This document shows, piece by piece, positions 1 through 7,254 of a stretch of 14,962 bases of DNA (its first letter is position 1; each line of letters starts with the position of its first letter). Below the pieces are notes generated by a model. The model worked only from the letters and a program-made list of their open reading frames with translations, was not told the DNA's origin and did no database searches. The stretch spans positions 1 to 14,962 of the forward strand of contig JBAWVI010000012.1 of NCBI GenBank assembly GCA_037147375.1, read 5' to 3'. The position numbers were made by a program, and so were the translations under genes. This DNA comes from an archaeon (GTDB lineage: Archaea; Iainarchaeota; Iainarchaeia; Iainarchaeales; CSSED10-239).

Positions 1-2
1 TA

Positions 3-197
3 AAATTATATACAAAATATGTGAGTGGTAGTTTATTTAGTGAACAAAATTCAAATTATAAATCATATTTAATTAATATAGATGTTGTTAAAACAATTAA
101 AGGGGTATATGGATCTCTAGATCATGTTTATCCTTTGTTTAATACAAACATAATGCCAGTTTATTTCTTTAATAAATTAATTAAATGGATAATATAA
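3..197 (+). CDS. 3' end of an unidentified upstream gene (5'-truncated by the window edge)
   Basis: Hand translation of frame 3 gives 64 stop-free codons from the window edge (KLYTKYVSGSLFSEQNSNYKSYLINIDVVKTIKGVYGSLDHVYPLFNTNIMPVYFFNKLIKWII) ending at TAA 195-197. A stop-free run this long is unlikely by chance in such AT-rich DNA. No family recognised. Confidence 0.35.
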   Translation, partial: KLYTKYVSGSLFSEQNSNYKSYLINIDVVKTIKGVYGSLDHVYPLFNTNIMPVYFFNKLIKWII

Positions 198-231
198 GTT
201 CTATTTATTTTTAATCTTACGGAATATAGTT

Positions 232-1755
232 ATGGATAAGAAAAAAGAACTATATAAATTCTTTAAAGATATTGATCAAAATAAAATAACACAAAAAGAA
301 TTACAAAATCTAAAAATTTCTTATTCTAAGAAAAATAAACTTAAAGGGATACTATTAACGTCAGACATACTTGCTGCTTTAAAGATAAAGAAGCCATCTA
401 AAACATTAATTACTAAGCCACACAGAACTGAATCAGGGGTCACTGTAATTGCAGTTATGACAAGACCAGAAGCGTGCCCTGGTAAATGTATTTACTGCCC
501 TAGCTACAAAGACGCACCAAAGAGTTATACTGGTTTTGAACCCGCTGCAATGAGAGGGAAACTTAATTTTTATGATCCAAGAAAGCAAATAAGAGATAGA
601 TTAAAACAACTTGAAGATACTGGGCATCCAACTAATAAACTTGAAGTTATTGTTATGGGTGGAACCTTTCCTGCAACAGATATTAAATATCAAGATGAAT
701 TTGTTAGAGGGATATATCAAGAAATAACAGGAAAGGAAGAAAAAGATATTTCTAAGCTTCAAAAACTAGCAATGAAATCTAAAAGAAGAATGGTTGGATT
801 AACTTTTGAAGCTAGACCTGATTTCTGTAACGAAAAGGAAATTAAAAAAATTCTTGAGTTTGGTGGAACTAGAGTTGAGATTGGAGTACAAACGGTTTAT
901 GATGATATTTTTAAAAAAATTAAAAGAGGACACACCACTAAAGAAGTTATTGAAGCTACTAGAAAATTAAAAGATTCTGGACTTAAAGTTTTATATCATA
1001 TGATGATTGGACTTCCTGGATCAAATATTAAAAAAGATCTGGAAGCATTTAAAGAAATATTTAGTAATCCAGATTATTGTCCAGATATGATAAAGATATA
1101 TCCTTGTCTTGTAACCAAATACACTAAACTTGAAAAAATGTATTATTCTGGAGAATACAAGGTTTATGATGATGAAAAATTAATTAAATTAATTGCAGAT
1201 ATTAAAGAAATTGTTCCTTCTTGGGTTAGGATCATGAGAATACAAAGAGATATTCCTGCAACAAAGATAATTGCTGGTGCAAAGAAAAGTAATTTGCGTG
1301 AGCTTGTACAAAAGGAACTAAAAATTAGAGGAACAAAATGTAATTGTATAAGGTGTAAAGAACCGGAAGGGAAAATAATTGATATAGATAATTTTGAAAT
1401 TAAAGAAGTTAAATATAAGGCATCTGGAGGAGAAGAATTCTTTATATCTGCAGAAACAAATGATTACTTGCTTGGATTTATTAGACTTAGATTTCCAAAA
1501 GAACCATTCATTAAAGAATTAAGTAAGAAAACATCTATTGTTAGAGAATTACATGTTTATGGAGAAGCAACAGAATTTAATGATAAGAACATACAACATA
1601 GAGGAATTGGTAAAAGGTTATTAAAAATTGCAGAAAATATATCTAGAGAACAAGAATTTGAAAAAATTGCAGTTATTAGTGGAGTTGGTGTTAGAGAATA
1701 TTACAAAAAACAAGGATATAAACTTATTGGAACATATATGATTAAGGAATTATAG
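232..1755 (+). CDS. elp3: Elp3-family radical SAM / GNAT acetyltransferase (tRNA U34 carboxymethylation enzyme, archaeal Elp3)
   Basis: 507-aa ORF. Radical-SAM CX3CX2C motif CPGKCIYC at nt 475-498. C-terminal GNAT acetyl-CoA motif QHRGIGKRLL. Length and domain order are typical of archaeal Elp3. Confidence 0.9.
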   Translation: MDKKKELYKFFKDIDQNKITQKELQNLKISYSKKNKLKGILLTSDILAALKIKKPSKTLITKPHRTESGVTVIAVMTRPEACPGKCIYCPSYKDAPKSYTGFEPAAMRGKLNFYDPRKQIRDRLKQLEDTGHPTNKLEVIVMGGTFPATDIKYQDEFVRGIYQEITGKEEKDISKLQKLAMKSKRRMVGLTFEARPDFCNEKEIKKILEFGGTRVEIGVQTVYDDIFKKIKRGHTTKEVIEATRKLKDSGLKVLYHMMIGLPGSNIKKDLEAFKEIFSNPDYCPDMIKIYPCLVTKYTKLEKMYYSGEYKVYDDEKLIKLIADIKEIVPSWVRIMRIQRDIPATKIIAGAKKSNLRELVQKELKIRGTKCNCIRCKEPEGKIIDIDNFEIKEVKYKASGGEEFFISAETNDYLLGFIRLRFPKEPFIKELSKKTSIVRELHVYGEATEFNDKNIQHRGIGKRLLKIAENISREQEFEKIAVISGVGVREYYKKQGYKLIGTYMIKEL

Positions 1756-1759
1756 GTGA
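1755..1759 (+). promoter_or_regulatory. Shine-Dalgarno GGTGA for the wHTH gene, overlapping the elp3 stop codon
   Basis: GGTGA lies 7 nt upstream of ATG 1767. It is complementary to the archaeal 16S 3' end. The elp3-wHTH spacer is only 11 nt. Confidence 0.55.
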
Positions 1760-1766
1760 AAATAAC

Positions 1767-2072
1767 ATGGAAGATAAGGATAAGTTAATTACTTTGATTG
1801 AATCAGATCCTGATTTATATAAAATAATTAATTCTAAAGAACATATTAAGGTTTTAAATATTATTGCTCTTGAATCCCTAGATTTTGAGGAATTAAGCAG
1901 AAAAACAGATTTTAAAAAGGTATCTATATTATATAATATATTAGATAATCTCTTAGATAAAAAGTATATAAAGAAACTAGAGGTTAATAATAATCAAGTT
2001 TATTACATTACAAATGAAGGAAAAAACATTTATAATTTAGTAAAAAGTGCGCAAAAAGATTTCAATCTATAG
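1767..2072 (+). CDS. Small winged helix-turn-helix protein (ArsR/MarR-like fold), putative transcriptional regulator
   Basis: 101-aa ORF preceded by an SD. The pattern HIKVLNIIALESLDFEELSRKTDFKKVSILYNILDNLLDKKYIKKLEVNNNQVYYITNEG fits H1-H2-H3 plus a beta-wing of a wHTH. The assignment rests on sequence pattern only. Confidence 0.55.
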   Translation: MEDKDKLITLIESDPDLYKIINSKEHIKVLNIIALESLDFEELSRKTDFKKVSILYNILDNLLDKKYIKKLEVNNNQVYYITNEGKNIYNLVKSAQKDFNL

Positions 2073-2080
2073 GGGTGAGG
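2072..2080 (+). promoter_or_regulatory. Shine-Dalgarno GGGGTGAGG for the 116-aa gene
   Basis: GGGGTGAGG directly follows and overlaps the TAG stop at 2070-2072. It ends 4 nt before ATG 2085. Confidence 0.55.
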
Positions 2081-2084
2081 ATAA

Positions 2085-2435
2085 ATGAAAGTGTTTTTAG
2101 GTGTTTTAAGTACAGGAAAAGGTACATGGGGACAAGTTGCTCACATTGTTGATCAATCAGAATATGATCAAGTTTATTTAGTCTCAAATGAATGGGCAAA
2201 GGACAAGTTTACTTGTACTAAGAAAGTTAATTGGATAATTGTTGATCCAAGAAAAGGTTTTTCTGAAATATTTGATGATATTGAAAAAGAATGGCCAAAG
2301 GATGTTAAAGAATTAGATTTAAACATACATTCTGGAAGCGGTAAAGAACATAGTGCAATACTTGCTCTTTTACAACAAAAGAATATTAAATATAAAATAG
2401 TAACAATAAATTCAGAGGGAATTAAAAGATATTAG
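2085..2435 (+). CDS. Hypothetical 116-aa protein, Rossmann-like with two glycine-rich loops (CARF-reminiscent); function unknown
   Basis: The ORF has a strong SD. It shows an N-terminal beta-strand plus Gly loop (MKVFLGVLSTGKGTWG), alternating hydrophobic strands, and a second loop NIHSGSGKEHSAILALL. No family recognised with certainty. Confidence 0.55.
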   Translation: MKVFLGVLSTGKGTWGQVAHIVDQSEYDQVYLVSNEWAKDKFTCTKKVNWIIVDPRKGFSEIFDDIEKEWPKDVKELDLNIHSGSGKEHSAILALLQQKNIKYKIVTINSEGIKRY

Positions 2436-2440
2436 AGGAA
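2434..2440 (+). promoter_or_regulatory. Shine-Dalgarno AGAGGAA for the 1186-aa gene (GTG start)
   Basis: GAGGA overlaps the stop of the previous gene and is followed by a 5-nt spacer before GTG 2445. The nearby ATG at 2441 terminates after 4 codons, so GTG 2445 is the usable start. Confidence 0.5.
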
Positions 2441-2444
2441 ATGA

Positions 2445-5400
2445 GTGAATTATAAATTATTTATAATTACACCTTTATTGATACTCTTAATCATACTATC
2501 TGGATGCGTGCATCTACTATCGACTGCAGAAAGGGAAGCGTGCCTTTCTGCAACACACTTTTCAACTAATTCTATTGATGTTTGTGAAACACAAAAAGAA
2601 TGCTATACAAAGATTGTTGATAATCAAAACATCTCTGATAAATTACCAATTTCAATTTATAATAGAAATATAGTTTACCTAAATAATATTGCATCAGCAT
2701 CATTTAACTTTAATCAAAGCACAAAATATTTAAAAGAGTTAAATAAATCTTGTGATGCTGAAGACGTCAATAAAATAATTAAAAGTAGTAATGATTTGTT
2801 TTCTAATCTTAGAAATATATTTGAGTATATTGATAACGCAAATTCAGAAAGTATAATATTAATTAAAGATTATGTTATTTACCTTGAAAGTGAGGGGATT
2901 GATAAAATACCTGAAGAGAAGATATATGATGAATATATTTTACTTAATAATAATTTAAATGAATTAAAGGTTGATTCAGATAATGAAAATTATGTGCATA
3001 ATCTTTTAGATGAAAGCGCGAAACTAAATTTAATTGCAAAAGACTTTGGATTTGAAAAGAATTATATTTCAAATGTGAATTATGTTGATTTGACTGCTTA
3101 TTATTTTAAGTTAATTGAAAATCCGTCTGGTGAAGTTAGAGTCCCAACTATAATTCCTGGATTTAATTATGTACTTGGAGAGCTTTCTAATCTTGAACAA
3201 TTAAGGAGTATAACTGTAAACTTACAAAGAGCGGACAACTATAACTTTTATATTGTTCTTGATAAATTTATTGGAAAAAATAATTCATTATATACCTCAT
3301 TTACTCAAATTAGTACAAATATTAATAAAGAAATTAGTGAAATATATGTTGAAATAGCTGATTTAGAAATTGAAATTGAAAAAAACACTTATTTTTTATC
3401 ACAAGAAAACTATGTTGCATATAATAGTGCTAAAACTGATTTTAGAGATGAAAAGCTTGGATTTGGAACATATCTTTCTATGCTTAAAAATATTAAAACA
3501 GAAATTGAATTAAATACAATAAATGAGATTGATCAAAATACACAAAATATAGAGACTATAAAAGATTGTGATCTAATCATAAAATCAGCAGAAAAGATAA
3601 ATAACACCTACCTTAACAAGTTAATTAAAGACTATAAGAAGGAAACTAATTTTAATACAAAATTAATAATTTGTAGTAAGATTACATTTGAAATAAATAA
3701 TACAAATTGTATATTTGATTTAGATAATATTTTAAATTTAGACACTAGTGAATTTAATAGTTATAAGGAAATATATAGAACAAACGTCACACAAGAAGAT
3801 TGCATCAATATTTTAAATAATATAAATAACTATTTAGAAAATAATGAAAAAATAAATTTATTAAAAGAAATAATAAGAGATAATGTATCTAAACTTATTG
3901 AAATAAATGAAAAAACACAATTAATTGATCTAAATAATAAAATAACAATTACAGACATTAATACAAATATAAGTAAAATTAGTAATGAACCAAATTATAG
4001 ATTATACATAGATATAGATAAGAAAATTAAAGAACAAAAAAGTATAAATGACGAATTATTAGATGTTGCAAAAGAGATAGAGAAAAGATATTTACAAAAT
4101 AATTACAAAATTGAATTAGTGGATTCAAACTATTATCTTATTCTTTCTAACATATTTTTATTCGAACTAAACAATCTTGAAATCGAGATTAATGAATTAG
4201 ATTCAAATATTTATTTTTACACTGCAGGAATAAAAATTAATAAAAATAAACTAACTATAGATAGATTATTTATAAATAAAAATCATTTCCAAATTAATTA
4301 TCAAAACAAAAAAGAAATAACTACAAAATTAATTGAATTGGACCTTGATAACACCTTATTTGAAATAACTATTAAAAACCAAATAGAAGGAATAACTGAT
4401 AAAATATACATCCCACTAGAGAAAAAATTAGTCACTGGACTAGTTGATGAAAAAAACTACCTCTATTATGTAACAGAAACAGAAAATAAAATTTTATACA
4501 CACAGGATATATTTTCAAACACAATACTTTCCAATGTATTTGAGCAACTAACTAATGATAAATTTGTTAATAAACTAGAAATTAAAATTAAAAATAATTA
4601 TGAAAAAGATATTTTAGGTAGAATTAAATTAATTGATGTAGACTCTTCCGCTGATGAGTATATAGCTTATTTATTGAAGATAAATAATAGAGAACAAGAT
4701 GCTTATTTAGAAAATAGAGGTATATACACTGAAATTAATTTAAGTAAAGGTGAAGAAAAAATATATGAATTACAAACATTATTTGATTTTAATGAAGTTA
4801 TATTAATCGCAAAAGATAATTTACTTGAAATGCAAAGATTAGAAAATTCTAGATTTTTAGACTTAAAGAAACTAGCAATAACTGAATTTTCAAGTGTAGA
4901 TGATTTAAGTATAACACACAATTCAAAAATAGAAGAAATACAATTACTATTTAGTAAAGATAACAAAATTAATCAAATTAAAAATAAAGAATTAGAATAT
5001 GCAATAGCAGAAGATGCATTCTTTATCTTATTTAATAGACTTGCATCTAATGAAAAATTATCTTTAGTAAATAAAAATAAGATTGATAAATTAAATGATA
5101 CCAAATATACAAATATAGTTGAAAGTTTAAGACAATTAAAATTAATTGAAAAAAGTCACAATATAGAGGTTGAATCAAAGGATATAGAGACAGACATTAC
5201 AAATTATGCTAAGTTACAAGAATTAAAATTAAAAATTAGTGATTATAATATTAATGATGATGTAATATCAGAATTAATTCTAAATGTGGATTATAAAAAT
5301 CAAACTGATTTAAATTTCCTAGAACAAAAAATTAATGACCAATTAAAAATACAAACTATAGAGATAAGTAAATTGATACAAACTATAGATGAGATAAACA

Positions 5401-6005
5401 CAAATACTGAAACTAATTTTATTGAGAAAATAAGGTGGGTATTTGAAGACTTTAGTTTAGATGAATTGTATACACAACATTACTTCCCTGGGATTACTAC
5501 CGCAGATTTAGATCGTTATAAGAAAAAACAAAGTTTCTTGGACACTCAAACGTTAAATAAAGAAGTAACTGAATTCAAATTTAATTTGGATTCAAAAGAC
5601 TATGAAGGTGCAATAAATTCTATGTCTGACGAAACTAAAAATAGACTTAAAGACATTGTGTCAGAATATAAATTTATAAATGATGAATTTGAAAAAATTA
5701 AAATAGATTCAAAAAACAAATTAAACGCATATATTGAAGAAAATCAGGACACACATAAACAAGAAATAAAAGATAAGATTACACTAGCAAAAGAATATTA
5801 CTCTAATGGAAAATATCTAAATACAATAAGTGTACTTAAAGAAGAACCACTAAATTCAAAAATAATAATAAATAATCAACTTATAATTATTTCTACAATC
5901 TTATTAATCATAATATTGCTTGGACTTTATTTTAGAATAGGAACCAAAAGGAAGAAAGAATTAAACTTCCAAGAACGTAAAAAAAGAGTAATTAGACATA
6001 ATTAA
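2445..6005 (+). CDS. Giant (1186 aa) N/I/K/E-rich surface protein with an N-terminal lipobox-like signal peptide and a C-terminal TM anchor; no recognised domain
   Basis: N-terminus MNYKLFIITPLLILLIILSGC gives a hydrophobic core followed by LSGC. There is a Cys-containing N-terminal segment, then about 1100 aa that look largely helical/coiled-coil. The C-terminus has the TM LIIISTILLIIILLGLYF followed by the basic tail RIGTKRKKELNFQERKKRVIRHN. A stop-free 3.5-kb frame in AT-rich DNA is strong coding evidence. Confidence 0.8.
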   Translation: MNYKLFIITPLLILLIILSGCVHLLSTAEREACLSATHFSTNSIDVCETQKECYTKIVDNQNISDKLPISIYNRNIVYLNNIASASFNFNQSTKYLKELNKSCDAEDVNKIIKSSNDLFSNLRNIFEYIDNANSESIILIKDYVIYLESEGIDKIPEEKIYDEYILLNNNLNELKVDSDNENYVHNLLDESAKLNLIAKDFGFEKNYISNVNYVDLTAYYFKLIENPSGEVRVPTIIPGFNYVLGELSNLEQLRSITVNLQRADNYNFYIVLDKFIGKNNSLYTSFTQISTNINKEISEIYVEIADLEIEIEKNTYFLSQENYVAYNSAKTDFRDEKLGFGTYLSMLKNIKTEIELNTINEIDQNTQNIETIKDCDLIIKSAEKINNTYLNKLIKDYKKETNFNTKLIICSKITFEINNTNCIFDLDNILNLDTSEFNSYKEIYRTNVTQEDCINILNNINNYLENNEKINLLKEIIRDNVSKLIEINEKTQLIDLNNKITITDINTNISKISNEPNYRLYIDIDKKIKEQKSINDELLDVAKEIEKRYLQNNYKIELVDSNYYLILSNIFLFELNNLEIEINELDSNIYFYTAGIKINKNKLTIDRLFINKNHFQINYQNKKEITTKLIELDLDNTLFEITIKNQIEGITDKIYIPLEKKLVTGLVDEKNYLYYVTETENKILYTQDIFSNTILSNVFEQLTNDKFVNKLEIKIKNNYEKDILGRIKLIDVDSSADEYIAYLLKINNREQDAYLENRGIYTEINLSKGEEKIYELQTLFDFNEVILIAKDNLLEMQRLENSRFLDLKKLAITEFSSVDDLSITHNSKIEEIQLLFSKDNKINQIKNKELEYAIAEDAFFILFNRLASNEKLSLVNKNKIDKLNDTKYTNIVESLRQLKLIEKSHNIEVESKDIETDITNYAKLQELKLKISDYNINDDVISELILNVDYKNQTDLNFLEQKINDQLKIQTIEISKLIQTIDEINTNTETNFIEKIRWVFEDFSLDELYTQHYFPGITTADLDRYKKKQSFLDTQTLNKEVTEFKFNLDSKDYEGAINSMSDETKNRLKDIVSEYKFINDEFEKIKIDSKNKLNAYIEENQDTHKQEIKDKITLAKEYYSNGKYLNTISVLKEEPLNSKIIINNQLIIISTILLIIILLGLYFRIGTKRKKELNFQERKKRVIRHN

Positions 6006-6037
6006 AATAAAGCAATATTAAAAAAGGTTTGTTAATA

Positions 6038-6047
6038 TTATATATAA
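6038..6047 (+). promoter_or_regulatory. Candidate TATA box (TTATATATAA) for the 392-aa gene
   Basis: It lies in the only real intergenic gap (70 nt) of the left block, centred about 33 nt upstream of ATG 6076. A partial SD (GTGAT, 6066-6070) follows. TATA-like strings are common in this composition. Confidence 0.3.
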
Positions 6048-6075
6048 GTAAAGATAAATACATATGTGATAAATT

Positions 6076-7254
6076 ATGAAAAAAACTATATTTTTTGTAT
6101 TACTACTAATCATAGCAATAATTGGAACTCCAATAATAAACGCTGAAAAAATATCAGAAAGTACATTTTTGGATTTAGGATATGCTGATTTTAGTATAGA
6201 TAAAGGAAATTCTGATTGTAAAAGTTATACACTTACGGGTATTGAATTAAATGTAGATGCAACATATGTACTTCAATTAAAAATTGCAAATTATATCCCT
6301 TTAAATGAACAAGATAATGTAAGTATTAAAGTTTATTTAAATAATGCATTAATTACAGAAATTAAAAATCAAGAAATTAAAGAACGTAATCTTGTTGAAT
6401 TAAAAGGTTATAAAGATGAAAGTCTATTAAGTGTTTGCGTAGATAATAATTTTATTCCAAGAATGGTTATATCAAAATATACAGTTGTAGGAAGTTATTT
6501 ATTACCAATAATTAAAAAAGAAGATTTTTATCAGGTTGTTCCAGAAAAGGTTTATAAAAACACATTAACACCTGTTGAAATATTTGTTAAAAATAGTGGA
6601 ATTAGAGATGTAACTGTTACAATCTTTAACGCTAGTAAAGAATTTTCAAAAAATTCAACACTTGATAATGTTTCTGGAGATACCACCTTTGAAGGAATAA
6701 TAAAAGCAGGAGAAACAAAGAATTTAAAGTATTTTATTAAAACATCAGATCAAACAAACTACGTAACTCCAAGAGCAACATTAAAATACATTAGTGAATT
6801 TGGAGATGAAATCACAATGTATACTGAACAGGAACAAATTAAAATAGATGATCTACAAACAAAATTAGATATATCTGTTGAAATAAATAGAGAAATAACA
6901 ACGAAAATAGATGCCTTTGGTAAAATAATATTAAGAAATGTTTCAGAAGATGATCTTCAAAATATTTATATTGTGCCTAAATTTGATGGAACTATAGAGG
7001 TATATAATCCACAAATTGCAAGACTTGATAAAAAAGAAGTTATGGAAATTCAATTTAAAGTAAACACAGTTACATCTAAGGATCATGATTTAAGTTTTAA
7101 TATTTATTATGACACACCTACAGAAAGTAATAAAAGTGTTGGATCTCAGAAAATCACAGTTACTTCTGTACCAGAAGATAATACAAACACACAAATTATT
7201 GCTGTTTTAATTGCAATTACAATTGTTTTGTTTATTTGGATATTTAAATTTTAA
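6076..7254 (+). CDS. Secreted, C-terminally membrane-anchored protein with CARDB/S-layer-like beta-sandwich segments
   Basis: Signal peptide MKKTIFFVLLLIIAIIGTPIINAEK. Two segments resemble CARDB/COG1361-type domains: LTPVEIFVKNSGIRDVTVTIFNAS and GKIILRNVSEDDLQNIYIVP. The C-terminal TM is IIAVLIAITIVLFIWIFKF. Confidence 0.7.
   Translation: MKKTIFFVLLLIIAIIGTPIINAEKISESTFLDLGYADFSIDKGNSDCKSYTLTGIELNVDATYVLQLKIANYIPLNEQDNVSIKVYLNNALITEIKNQEIKERNLVELKGYKDESLLSVCVDNNFIPRMVISKYTVVGSYLLPIIKKEDFYQVVPEKVYKNTLTPVEIFVKNSGIRDVTVTIFNASKEFSKNSTLDNVSGDTTFEGIIKAGETKNLKYFIKTSDQTNYVTPRATLKYISEFGDEITMYTEQEQIKIDDLQTKLDISVEINREITTKIDAFGKIILRNVSEDDLQNIYIVPKFDGTIEVYNPQIARLDKKEVMEIQFKVNTVTSKDHDLSFNIYYDTPTESNKSVGSQKITVTSVPEDNTNTQIIAVLIAITIVLFIWIFKF

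Noticed and set aside
4703-4966. 87-aa minus-strand ORF inside the 1186-aa gene
   Set aside because: It lies entirely antisense to a 3.5-kb stop-free frame. It is low-complexity L/S/I/F-rich, as expected from the complement of K/E/N-rich coding DNA. It has no SD and no recognisable motif.
5860-7254. Archaeosortase-type (PGF-CTERM/PEF-CTERM) sorting signals at the C-termini of the two surface proteins
   Set aside because: Both have a C-terminal TM helix, but neither has a PGF/PEF-like tripeptide before it. The 392-aa protein also lacks the basic tail. They are called simple C-terminal anchors instead.
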